In this document: positions 18,722 to 27,366 of the stretch, piece by piece
How the letters are laid out: the number at the start of each line of letters is the position of its first letter
Numbering within the stretch: the first letter of the stretch is position 1
Source: Klebsiella phage KpLz-2_45
Sequence record: MN871446.1
Reading direction: 5' to 3' (one strand)
Length of the DNA: 64,000 nt
Made by a program: the position numbers and the translations under genes
Notes under the pieces: model-generated
Told to the model about the DNA's origin: nothing
Database searches by the model: none
The model's input: only the letters and a program-made list of their open reading frames with translations

Positions 18722-20101
18722 TTAACTTACAGCTTTTAAGACGTTATAACTTACTGCTTCGACAGGTTTAGTGACGTCGTACGTCCGTAGCGCGTTTTCA
18801 TAGGCTACCGGGTCATGTTTGTTCAGCATGAAAAGCGCTTGAACAGATGCACCTGGTAAAGGAGAGAAAGGAAGGTTATTACTAGGTTCCGTATCAGGGA
18901 ATGCCATTTTGAAGAACTGACGAATTTCTTTATCGCCTAATACTTCTACTTCAGCCCTGACGTCTATTCTCCCGTCCCGCAGCAGCGCATCGTCAAGTTT
19001 CTCAGGGCGGTTAGTCGTCAGGAAAACGATAACATCATTCAACCGCAAGACGCCGTCTAACGCGTTGAGGAAATCTGACAAGCTACCGTTTAGGTACTCG
19101 TCCATTGCTTTATCGTCAGAACTTTGTTCTTCAACGACGAAAGGGGTATTTTTGAGTTCTTCTGGGTTTTCCGGTTTGTTTCCCTCTTTTAAGTCAATGA
19201 TAACCTTTTCTTTACTCCGCGCTTTCGTGAACGAATACGTATCAATATCCTCGATAATCACAACCCCGCCAGCTGCTCGTTGGAAAAGCGCTTGGTATTG
19301 TAATCCACCGGCGGGTTTGAGGATATGAATATCGCGCCCTAACGCGGCCGCTAATGCCGAAATCAAACTGCTCTTTCCGGTGCCTGGTAAACCGTATAAC
19401 AACACTGTGAACTTATAAGCCAGTCCTCGTGATTCGTACCAGTCTTTACTCTTATTAAAATCGAAGATAGGGTCGATTAACTCGCGCTGGACTTTATCCG
19501 TAACGACTATGGTTTTAAGGTCTCTTTTCTTCAGTCGGCACAAATAATTCCAACTGTCGGTAGTATTGACAAATGTCCGTATGTTGTCTTTACCCGTGTC
19601 TTTCAGCATAAACTCATCCATCAGGTTTAAGATAGGTTTATGGCTGCGACCGAATTTACTAATGCTAAGACGGTATTTCGAATTACTCGCAGCGTTAGCA
19701 TCAATTTCCGTGATAGAGAAAACAAACACAGTGCCCTTATGAAGAAAGAAATGTGACCCCACACCAGGCCCCACTGCGGCGGACTCTCCATTCACGTCGC
19801 CATCAATAGTTATCGTCCTACTCCAATGGAACCAGCTATTCTTAGCAAACCATTTCAGGAACGCCCCGTATTGTTCGGAGTTATAATTACTCCAGTTGGT
19901 TCCTGAGGTGTTAAAGACCAAACTGGTAACAAATTGACGTTTGACCCATTGTACTACCGCCTTGGGCGTTTTGATTAACCCCCAACCAATCGCCCCTGAT
20001 ACCGCGATAGAGCTCGCGGCGACAATCGCGTTCTGTGCCATGGGGTAGTCTTTAAAGTTAGAAAGAATATGGTCGTAAAATGACATTAGTTGTTCGAGCA
20101 T
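18722..20101 (-). CDS. BCS1-like AAA+ ATPase with N-terminal membrane anchor
   Basis: TM helix at residues ~20-45, then LLYGLPGTGKSS (Walker A), VVIIEDID (Walker B), LLNALDG, TTNRPEKLDDALLRDGR. Organisation is like the BCS1 family. Confidence 0.8.
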   Translation of the reverse strand: MLEQLMSFYDHILSNFKDYPMAQNAIVAASSIAVSGAIGWGLIKTPKAVVQWVKRQFVTSLVFNTSGTNWSNYNSEQYGAFLKWFAKNSWFHWSRTITIDGDVNGESAAVGPGVGSHFFLHKGTVFVFSITEIDANAASNSKYRLSISKFGRSHKPILNLMDEFMLKDTGKDNIRTFVNTTDSWNYLCRLKKRDLKTIVVTDKVQRELIDPIFDFNKSKDWYESRGLAYKFTVLLYGLPGTGKSSLISALAAALGRDIHILKPAGGLQYQALFQRAAGGVVIIEDIDTYSFTKARSKEKVIIDLKEGNKPENPEELKNTPFVVEEQSSDDKAMDEYLNGSLSDFLNALDGVLRLNDVIVFLTTNRPEKLDDALLRDGRIDVRAEVEVLGDKEIRQFFKMAFPDTEPSNNLPFSPLPGASVQALFMLNKHDPVAYENALRTYDVTKPVEAVSYNVLKAVS

Positions 20102-20162
20102 TATTATTCCCCGTTATGGTAATTATAGTCGCACCATATTCTTACTCTCTGCCGTAAAAAGC

Positions 20163-20194
20163 AAAAAAAAAAGAGGAGGGAAACCCCTCCTCTT
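20163..20194 (-). terminator. rho-independent terminator
   Basis: AAGAGGAGGG-AAAC-CCCTCCTCTT followed by T10 on the minus strand. Confidence 0.7.
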
Positions 20195-20199
20195 TTAGC

Positions 20200-20364
20200 T
20201 TAGTCTAAATCGTTGAGTTCCTGACGTACGATCTTTTTACTGATACGACGTTCAGCGCGGTGAGTCAAGAGTTTAGAGTATGGACCGGGGATTGTTGGAT
20301 TACCTGGCCGGGCGCTCCAGAATTCTTGACTTTGAGCCTTAGAACCGCGTTTGGTTCTTGCCAT
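20200..20364 (-). CDS. small basic protein MARTKRGSKAQ... (54 aa; not in ORF track)
   Basis: ATG with a GAGGA SD 9 nt upstream; sits between a strong terminator (20163-20194) and gene 20423. Confidence 0.35.
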   Translation of the reverse strand: MARTKRGSKAQSQEFWSARPGNPTIPGPYSKLLTHRAERRISKKIVRQELNDLD

Positions 20365-20422
20365 GATTTGAGTCCTCGAGTTAAATTAGGTAATCGAGGA
20401 CGGACTTGAAAATAATGCATTT

Positions 20423-20806
20423 TTATCCCGCAGTAAAAATAAACCAGTCTTTATCAAAATCAAATGATTTATTTTTAAGAATTAAAAAGAGTTTTAATCC
20501 TTCGTAATCGTTCCATCGATCGTCGGTTTGCTCGTTATTACGCGCAGTAATCTCAGAGACGATTAATGGGATATCATTCTTAGTAATAACCCACGGCCCC
20601 AAGTCATCGTTAGAGCAGAGGTTCGCAGCAGCCATAATTTCGGCTAATGTATGCTGATTCTTCCAGGATGCTATTCTCTTTGGTGAGACAGCATCATTGT
20701 TAAAAACTTCATCGTATTCAAATGTTTTCCCTACACCACCTTCACCTGTAACCGGTTCCAATACCGTGTCTTTATCGACCGAATAAAACGTGAGAAAAAA
20801 TCCCAT
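20423..20806 (-). CDS. hypothetical protein
   Basis: 127 aa; GGGGAGGGG SD. Confidence 0.5.
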   Translation of the reverse strand: MGFFLTFYSVDKDTVLEPVTGEGGVGKTFEYDEVFNNDAVSPKRIASWKNQHTLAEIMAAANLCSNDDLGPWVITKNDIPLIVSEITARNNEQTDDRWNDYEGLKLFLILKNKSFDFDKDWFIFTAG

Positions 20807-21172
20807 CTATTCCCCTCCCCAAAAATAAGTTAAGATTGAATCGAAGTCAGCGATGCACCAGAAGGTATCTAACTCAATCCAAGAATCAATAATGTCGGAA
20901 GAACCCTCTACTATCCAAGTATCCAACAGTTCCCTGATCTCATCACCCGTTAAAACAAAATGAATTCCGGGTCGAGGGAAATTATACTTGGCCTGTACCA
21001 GTTTATGGAAAGACTCCGCGCTTTTTCCGCTGATTCCACGCACCGCTAACACCGGTCCAAGGTTATGTCCGTAGGTTAAGTATTGCCGTGTTTTCCCTGC
21101 TTCTGTTTCGTAGTTGTCTATCTTTTCGGGTATCACACAGTCACGCTGAAATTCCCTCAGTTCAACAAACAT
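20807..21172 (-). CDS. hypothetical protein
   Basis: 121 aa; GAGGG SD. Confidence 0.5.
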   Translation of the reverse strand: MFVELREFQRDCVIPEKIDNYETEAGKTRQYLTYGHNLGPVLAVRGISGKSAESFHKLVQAKYNFPRPGIHFVLTGDEIRELLDTWIVEGSSDIIDSWIELDTFWCIADFDSILTYFWGGE

Positions 21173-21175
21173 AGT

Positions 21176-21649
21176 TTAACCCTCGAACCGATAAACAATG
21201 ATTTCAAGATTGGTATCCTTAAAAGCCCGCTCAATGTTTTGGCGGACCATTTCCCAATCACCACCGGCCAGCCCGCATCCGATTAAAGGAAAACCAACTT
21301 TTAACGGCTTCTCTTCCTTTTTGAGAATCGATGCCATTATCTTCATTGCCAGATACTGTGCGCTATAATGCGTTTTATATCCCGGATCTGAATGGTCGTG
21401 GTGAAATTGGCCACAAAGATTGAAACCCCACTGCTCATCCTTTTTGGCGGCCGTTAATTTCCCCAATCTGTTTTTGACAGGGCGTTTGTCAGCAAAGTAA
21501 GGCTCAGCTATCCAGGGAAAAGCTTCGAAGATCTTAACAGCGATGCCACTCTTTGCGATCCCAAAGCAGTTTACTTGGTGGGCAATGACGTCGACTTCCT
21601 TATTAAAGAAAGCCTCAATCAAATCCCCTTTAATTTCGGTATAGGTCAT
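21176..21649 (-). CDS. macro-domain protein of the TARG1/OARD1/DarG-macro type (ADP-ribose or O-acetyl-ADP-ribose hydrolase)
   Basis: 157 aa. KGDLIEAF...DVIAHQVNCFGIAKSGIAVKI and KVGFPLIGCGLAGGDWEMV...LEIIVY match the TARG1-family motifs (KGDLF, PRIGCGLDRL..W). Confidence 0.75.
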   Translation of the reverse strand: MTYTEIKGDLIEAFFNKEVDVIAHQVNCFGIAKSGIAVKIFEAFPWIAEPYFADKRPVKNRLGKLTAAKKDEQWGFNLCGQFHHDHSDPGYKTHYSAQYLAMKIMASILKKEEKPLKVGFPLIGCGLAGGDWEMVRQNIERAFKDTNLEIIVYRFEG

Positions 21650-21667
21650 TGCCCAAACTCTCCGTAT

Positions 21668-22282
21668 TTAATTGATGATAAACTTACAATCTTCGAGATG
21701 GTATTCTCGCCCGCCAAAACAAAGTTTCTTAACGTAGTTAGGACGAGGAAGATTAACGTTGTCCATGTAGGCATTATGGGAAACTAATGACTTGTTAATT
21801 ATTTTCCCTTTGTTGTATTCGACGAGTTTCCCTGGGTGTTCTTGGGAAAAGCCAAACCCTGAGAATTTCAACTTTACATGAGAATGAAAAGAGAGATTTC
21901 GCCAGCCTGGGAATTTCAACCCTTTAACGTGCGCGGCGATAAAACGAATCAGAGCGGTATAAATTTTACCCAGTTCGCTCACTGTCAGTCGTTCTTCTTC
22001 ATCGCCAAAACGGAAAATAATCTTGACGTCATGACCGTCCAGATTACGATGCCAGTCGATGATAAAACGAGAATAATAACCGTACAGTCCATTCTCGGCG
22101 ACAGTGCGGTTGCGATAGGTTTGTGCCGTCTCAGAGTCGTAACGATAGGCGCCTGGCTCCAAAGGCTGCCCGCGTCTGAAACCAATAAACTGTGCGAGCT
22201 GTACCGCTTGGATTAAAGTCAGGTGCACGGCGGTACCGAACTTGTTAGTGATAATAAAAATGGGACTTGAAGACGTATGCAT
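21668..22282 (-). CDS. hypothetical protein
   Basis: 204 aa, immediately downstream of the macro gene. Confidence 0.5.
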   Translation of the reverse strand: MHTSSSPIFIITNKFGTAVHLTLIQAVQLAQFIGFRRGQPLEPGAYRYDSETAQTYRNRTVAENGLYGYYSRFIIDWHRNLDGHDVKIIFRFGDEEERLTVSELGKIYTALIRFIAAHVKGLKFPGWRNLSFHSHVKLKFSGFGFSQEHPGKLVEYNKGKIINKSLVSHNAYMDNVNLPRPNYVKKLCFGGREYHLEDCKFIIN

Positions 22283-22887
22283 TAATTTGACTCCTGTAGT
22301 AGTTTGGCTATTTCAGTAACGAATTCGGAATGATCCTCTAATTTATCGCTACCGATCTCTGAACGTCTTATTTGATCATCGACATATTTAGAGATTAAGG
22401 CGTTGATTTTACCAGCTGGGCTGGAGAGAAATTCTTTTGATTCGGCGTAGTCATTATTCCAATGACGAATATAATACTCTGGAGAAAATCTTTCCGGCGT
22501 GTTGAAGTTTTGTAATTCTCCCTTTGCGAGTAACTTGAGGCTCTCTGAAAACAAAACATCAATACTGCGACCTGGGTAGTCATCCCTATAGCTAAATTGG
22601 ACGGAAATCGAAAATGTATTAATAACAGGGTGATCGCCACATCGTTCGATGACTTCCTTTTTCCAATTGGCTAAAGGCCCATTTTGTAAAGCGAATGTTA
22701 ATACATCCTCGGAAATAATCTCGTCACCATAGTGCTCTCGGTTGAAATTTTCGATTTTATCTGTTAATGACTTGAATAAATATGTTTGATTTGAACGAAT
22801 AAAAACCGGGTAATAATCATTAGTGATTAAGTCCCTTTCTTCCTGATTTAACGGCTCTTTAAGAAAACCGAGTTTTGTTCTTGACAT
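22282..22887 (-). CDS. hypothetical protein
   Basis: 201 aa; TAATG coupling. Confidence 0.5.
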   Translation of the reverse strand: MSRTKLGFLKEPLNQEERDLITNDYYPVFIRSNQTYLFKSLTDKIENFNREHYGDEIISEDVLTFALQNGPLANWKKEVIERCGDHPVINTFSISVQFSYRDDYPGRSIDVLFSESLKLLAKGELQNFNTPERFSPEYYIRHWNNDYAESKEFLSSPAGKINALISKYVDDQIRRSEIGSDKLEDHSEFVTEIAKLLQESN

Positions 22888-22897
22888 ACCCTATCCC

Positions 22898-23302
22898 CTA
22901 ATTGAAATTAAACACTAAACGCTCAACACCTTTTGATTTAAGAATATTTAATTTCTCAAACCACTCTTCTCCAAGATGTTCTCGCCAAGTCGCTGTTGTC
23001 CCTTGTCCCTCAGGTAGAGTATCGTGACCGTCTCGGCGATCCTCCACTAACTGATCGTAATCAAACTCGAACAGATATTTTGTTTCCAGTGTGTAATTAT
23101 AGTCGCAGTCGTAATTAATTGGCTCTCCTGCCTTTTCCCACTTGTAAGGTAACGGAGGGACTCCGGCGTGGTTCCGGACATCAGCAAACCAACCGTAAAT
23201 GAAATAAGATTGGAAATCAAACCAATCTACACCGCCAGAGATTCCTTCCCACTTCCCATTTTTATTTTTCTTTTCAAACCGCCCGTAAATGTAAGCGCCC
23301 AT
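22898..23302 (-). CDS. hypothetical protein
   Basis: 134 aa. Confidence 0.5.
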   Translation of the reverse strand: MGAYIYGRFEKKNKNGKWEGISGGVDWFDFQSYFIYGWFADVRNHAGVPPLPYKWEKAGEPINYDCDYNYTLETKYLFEFDYDQLVEDRRDGHDTLPEGQGTTATWREHLGEEWFEKLNILKSKGVERLVFNFN

Positions 23303-23303
23303 T

Positions 23304-23627
23304 CTATTTTTCCTCTACCTTGTAGTAAAGAGTAAGACCGTATTCGAAAGGATGTATCAAAGAGAGACTATGCCAGCAATTATCGTTTACAGGGAGCCCT
23401 TCTTCTGAGGCAGTGACTCCTTGTAGACGTTTGAGAAGACTGAAGAGAGTGTCGTTGTCGGTCTCATTCATCCACTCTTTAAGTTGAGACATCAGATTGG
23501 CGACACCGATAGTTAGCCTATAGTTAATAGTTGTAACATCCCGATCTTCTGGTGTTACTGTAACCGCCGCGACTTTTCTGTCCAGTAAGTCCATTCGAGT
23601 GTAAATAACTGCTAAATAAATTTTCAT
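23304..23627 (-). CDS. hypothetical protein (ATG with AAGGGGGA SD; track extends to a TTG at 23651)
   Basis: Strong SD 5 nt before the ATG at 23627. Confidence 0.45.
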   Translation of the reverse strand: MKIYLAVIYTRMDLLDRKVAAVTVTPEDRDVTTINYRLTIGVANLMSQLKEWMNETDNDTLFSLLKRLQGVTASEEGLPVNDNCWHSLSLIHPFEYGLTLYYKVEEK

Positions 23628-23682
23628 TAGTATCCCCCTTATTAAACACAAGGTGAGAGGAAAGACCCCTCACCTTTTTACC

Positions 23683-23997
23683 TTATTTTTGCCTGATACG
23701 GAGTTCGAGTTTAATCGATAAATCGTCACCGTCAGTTTCATCAAATGAGAGACTCCGCCAGATTCCTATTTCTCCGCCGTACGCGTAGAAATAAATCTCC
23801 CTTTCGAAAATAACGAAGAGCTTCTCAATAATCGCTGTTTCTTCATTCGTAAAAGCAAATGACGGAGAAAGCGATTCCGAACGATGTTTAGGTAGTCCCT
23901 GTAACAATTCTACGGAATCATTAAACTCCGTCGAAGTAACACCGGAGTGACGAGCGTGACCAACTACCAGACACGTTTCTAAAACGCACGTTGTCAT
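23683..23997 (-). CDS. hypothetical protein
   Basis: 104 aa; ATGA-coupled to the ThyA-family gene. Confidence 0.45.
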   Translation of the reverse strand: MTTCVLETCLVVGHARHSGVTSTEFNDSVELLQGLPKHRSESLSPSFAFTNEETAIIEKLFVIFEREIYFYAYGGEIGIWRSLSFDETDGDDLSIKLELRIRQK

Positions 23998-25373
23998 ACC
24001 GACACCTGTAATTTAATGGCTGGGTGATGCTTGTACTCAGTGAAGACGAAATCTTCATAGGTGAGTTCAAACAACCCTTTCTTCGGCATCTCTGAGTTAT
24101 AGTAGTGCTCAGAGCGAACGTAACACTCAACCGGTTTGTAAGGCTCGCGAGTTAACTGTAACTTCGCTTCCTCTAACTGATTATTGTAGATATGGACGTT
24201 AGTCAGATTACCAACCAGCTTATTGGGCGCCATACCGAGCTCATGAGCAAATGACAGCAACATGAAGGCGTAGAAAGCCTGGTTAAAGGGCTCACCGGTC
24301 ATTGTGTCACAGCTCCGCATACTGTATTTCAAACTCAGCCACTGCGTCGGTACGTGGTTCTCCGTCAACCATTCCGCTTTACGCTCAGGGGACATTTTCG
24401 GCTGGTCACAATGTTCTTCGCTGTAGCAGTCCGACATATGGTCTTCCCAAAGATCCTGGAAGTACGGGTTAGCATTGTTCCTGCACCATTTTAACCGCTC
24501 GCTCAATGTCATCTCTTCTACGTAGAACTCTACCAGGAAATGACACGGGGTAAGGCATGGTTTACCCTCCACAATATTTTCCTGCGGCGTAACCTTAACG
24601 GTCTTAGTGCGTGGTACACCATGACTTGCTAAGAACTCTTCGCAGTTATCGGTCTTGCCATGATATTCCAGGCGCGGCCAGAAAATAGCATAAAGGTCCG
24701 GACTGTGAGTTTTTAAATGTTCCCACATCTCGTCACTACTGAGAGTAACTTCTTTCGTTTCTTCCGGCATCCAAAGCGGGTTCCACGCCGAGATCAGGAT
24801 ACGACGCGATTCCGGATTGTTCCGTAGGAGATCGAGCGCATACGCGATTTGGTCAACGCCCTTCTTCTCTAATGGATTCTCGGAGAAGTTTCGCCATGCT
24901 GACCCGTAAGGGGCATTAAGGTCACCCGCTTTGTTCACGGTGACCTGGCGAGTACGCGGTACACCTTTTTCATCTAGCCAACGATGGCCGTCTTCAACAG
25001 GCTGAATGGAGATCCCTTTGCTGTAAAACTCGATGTGAGCTTCTTTGTTGTTCTCTTCAAGCCACTTCAGGCGCTCGTAGTTTTCCAGAGGAACTTCTTT
25101 CACCACGTCAGCTTCTAAACGCCACGGGTCCCAGAACTTGACATTATTCTCCACCATGGTATCGAGGTGGAGTTCCCCGTTTAACATTGCCTTGTACTCA
25201 AACCACGCAGATTTACGCGGAACGAACTTCGTGGTGAGCAGAGGGAATTCCCCGGTCGAAAGGTCGTACTTCAGTTTCGCATCAAAAATAGAAATCGTCC
25301 CCGTTCCCGTCCTGTCTCCTCGCTGACGACCGGTTTCGATAATTTCACGTAGTAGATCGAGATACTGTTTCAC
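23994..25373 (-). CDS. thymidylate-synthase-family enzyme (dUMP-specific; thymidylate synthase or dUMP hydroxymethylase) with three inserted ~55-aa repeat modules; GTG start
   Basis: MKQYLDLLREII..DRTGTGT..F..PLLTTK, RRILISAWNP, TPCHFLVEFYV (catalytic Cys), SMRSCDTMTGEPFNQAFYAF (Asn specifying uracil). 459 aa versus ~264 for E. coli ThyA. Confidence 0.85.
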   Translation of the reverse strand: MKQYLDLLREIIETGRQRGDRTGTGTISIFDAKLKYDLSTGEFPLLTTKFVPRKSAWFEYKAMLNGELHLDTMVENNVKFWDPWRLEADVVKEVPLENYERLKWLEENNKEAHIEFYSKGISIQPVEDGHRWLDEKGVPRTRQVTVNKAGDLNAPYGSAWRNFSENPLEKKGVDQIAYALDLLRNNPESRRILISAWNPLWMPEETKEVTLSSDEMWEHLKTHSPDLYAIFWPRLEYHGKTDNCEEFLASHGVPRTKTVKVTPQENIVEGKPCLTPCHFLVEFYVEEMTLSERLKWCRNNANPYFQDLWEDHMSDCYSEEHCDQPKMSPERKAEWLTENHVPTQWLSLKYSMRSCDTMTGEPFNQAFYAFMLLSFAHELGMAPNKLVGNLTNVHIYNNQLEEAKLQLTREPYKPVECYVRSEHYYNSEMPKKGLFELTYEDFVFTEYKHHPAIKLQVSV

Positions 25374-25765
25374 TATTCTTTTTCCTCTTTAGCGATTTTA
25401 TAGTGTTTAGGGGCTTTATTCACACTTACGAATTCCCCGGTAAACCAACCTTCCGATTGCTCAATGATACGGTAATAGAACATCCGGTTATACCTCGTTC
25501 CGCTCCGGGAAGTAATCAGCCGGGTTAATTCGGCCGGAAGCGAAAACGCACCAGAGAGCACTTTATACAGGTAATCTTTCCCTACCCGAAAACGAAACTC
25601 TAACGTGATAGGGTCGTATTCGAATTCGAGCGACGAATAAGGTTCAGGCTGTAAGTCCCTGAACCCTGCGGAGAGGTAACAACTCCCGCCTGGTGCAATA
25701 CGGAGATAGACCGGTTTTAGGTTAGGAAGTTTATTGGTCTTCGGAACAAACTTTTCAAAGGCCAT
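25373..25765 (-). CDS. hypothetical protein, paralog family A (shares EFEYD..T..FRF.VG and GWxxGEF with 26953-27366)
   Basis: ATG with AGAGAG SD; track starts at a TTG at 25792. Its N-terminus MAFEKFVP parallels MPFIKVP of the paralog. Confidence 0.5.
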   Translation of the reverse strand: MAFEKFVPKTNKLPNLKPVYLRIAPGGSCYLSAGFRDLQPEPYSSLEFEYDPITLEFRFRVGKDYLYKVLSGAFSLPAELTRLITSRSGTRYNRMFYYRIIEQSEGWFTGEFVSVNKAPKHYKIAKEEKE

Positions 25766-25807
25766 TTTGTTCTCTCTTATTAATTTAATCAAATAAAATC
25801 AAGACGG

Positions 25808-25840
25808 AATAAAAAGAGAGAGGGGAGTACCCTCTCTCTT
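25808..25840 (-). terminator. rho-independent terminator
   Basis: AAGAGAGAGGGG-AGTA-CCCTCTCTCTT followed by TTTTTATT on the minus strand, after macro gene 2. Confidence 0.7.
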
Positions 25841-25843
25841 CAT

Positions 25844-26440
25844 TTATCTACCTGTACGCTTATTTGTCCAAGAAGACAATCGTTTCAAATTATCTCGATG
25901 AACCAATAAATCACCCCAATTTTTCTCGGGAGAGTTATCACCAGATGTAGCTCTCTGGTAGGCATACATAATTTGCTCGTAAGAAACCTCTACAGGCATC
26001 CCGCCTGTCGCTGTGCAGAATAACGGCATAACGACGTTTTTTATCGCCCGATCTGGAGAAATACGGTTGAAATATTTTATCTGGCAAAAAGCAGCCAGCG
26101 CCGCGTGATATGCAATATCTTTACTTTTTGTCGGGCTAGGGAATCGCATCGTCGGTGCATAGCACAATTGAACTGCTTCACTCAGTGAAACGGTGATAGC
26201 CTGCCCCACTGGCATTTCTTTACCCCAGAATTGTTTGATGACCGTTTGGACAGTTTCTTGGGAGCGAGGAAACTTGTCCCTTACTACTTTGTCAAAACCA
26301 CCGTCCATAATACCAAACGAGTTACCAGGTGTAATAATGCAGTCGTAATCCTTACCCGGGACCATCGTTCTGAAATCCCGTTTTTCAAAATTTGGCCAGC
26401 TATCAAAGCCAGATAAATCAATTATCTTTAGATTAAACAT
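25844..26440 (-). CDS. macro-domain protein (second, divergent)
   Basis: 198 aa; YDCIITPGNSFGIMDGGFDKVV resembles the N-A-A-N..GGGV loop. AITVSL...CYAPTM and NVVMPLFCTATGGMP resemble the macro P-loop-like GxG motif. Confidence 0.65.
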   Translation of the reverse strand: MFNLKIIDLSGFDSWPNFEKRDFRTMVPGKDYDCIITPGNSFGIMDGGFDKVVRDKFPRSQETVQTVIKQFWGKEMPVGQAITVSLSEAVQLCYAPTMRFPSPTKSKDIAYHAALAAFCQIKYFNRISPDRAIKNVVMPLFCTATGGMPVEVSYEQIMYAYQRATSGDNSPEKNWGDLLVHRDNLKRLSSWTNKRTGR

Positions 26441-26454
26441 TTTTGGTTACCTCT

Positions 26455-26934
26455 TTAATTAAAAAAGAAATTAGGGAATGGAAGCATTGACTTTTTCTTG
26501 TAGTCGCGATAGACGATTTCAATCGTTAACTTAGCCCCTGCTTTTGAGGTGAGAAGAAGCACGTCAGAAATGTAATGCGTATTCGTTATCTTCTTTTTCC
26601 GGTAAAGGCCAAGAACTTTTTCGGACTTCTCATTAATTACGTAGTCGCTTTCCAGCCTTACTCGGATTTCTCCTTCGGAATTAGTTCGAATGGCCAGTTG
26701 GAAGTTGATAGAAAGTAGTGGCGTAGTAACCTTAACTTCCCCTTTCTCTCCGATACCCTTCTTCAGTTTTTCTTGGAAAGTGGTACTTTCTGCGTTACTT
26801 CGTAAATACTCAGTAACCTCATCGATTACTTTTGAGATTACTACAATCAAATCCCCTTCCGAAAAAACCTTTTCTTCTTGTTTCGGTTCTTCAAGTGCCT
26901 GAAATAGTTTAGCGAGCGGGTCACTGGATGCCAT
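26455..26934 (-). CDS. hypothetical protein
   Basis: 159 aa. Confidence 0.5.
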   Translation of the reverse strand: MASSDPLAKLFQALEEPKQEEKVFSEGDLIVVISKVIDEVTEYLRSNAESTTFQEKLKKGIGEKGEVKVTTPLLSINFQLAIRTNSEGEIRVRLESDYVINEKSEKVLGLYRKKKITNTHYISDVLLLTSKAGAKLTIEIVYRDYKKKSMLPFPNFFFN

Positions 26935-26952
26935 ATAATTTCCCCTAGTTAC

Positions 26953-27366
26953 CTATTTAACCCAAGTGTCAACCGGGCGAATAAAACTTTTGAATTCGCC
27001 GTACCACCACCCGTCTTCTTTTAACACGGGTTTAAAGTACGCCGATCGTCTGGCAAAACCTTTTGTGTGTTGGCCGTCTGCCAAGAGTTGTTTATTCCAG
27101 ATTGTACGTAATACTGTTGTCGGGAGAAGAAACGTACCACTCCCTGACAGCGGACGATCGAAATAAGGGCCAACCTGAAAACGAAAATGACCTGTTTCAG
27201 TATCGTATTCAAAATCAATCGTATCGTCGCCAATGTCAAATTGATTCAAAAATGTTTTCGATAAAGAACAATCGGAATCCCGAGAGAGGCGTACGTACTC
27301 TACGTGATAACTGCGTTCCCGGTGAATATCTTTCACTTGTGAATAAGGGACTTTGATAAAGGGCAT
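26953..27366 (-). CDS. hypothetical protein, paralog family A
   Basis: 137 aa; AAGGAG SD; paralogous to 25373-25765. Confidence 0.5.
   Translation of the reverse strand: MPFIKVPYSQVKDIHRERSYHVEYVRLSRDSDCSLSKTFLNQFDIGDDTIDFEYDTETGHFRFQVGPYFDRPLSGSGTFLLPTTVLRTIWNKQLLADGQHTKGFARRSAYFKPVLKEDGWWYGEFKSFIRPVDTWVK

Noticed and set aside
21668-22282. ADP-ribosyltransferase (Alt/Mod-like) next to the macro gene
   Set aside because: I looked for R-S-E or H-Y-E catalytic triads in spacing typical of ARTs and found no convincing arrangement.
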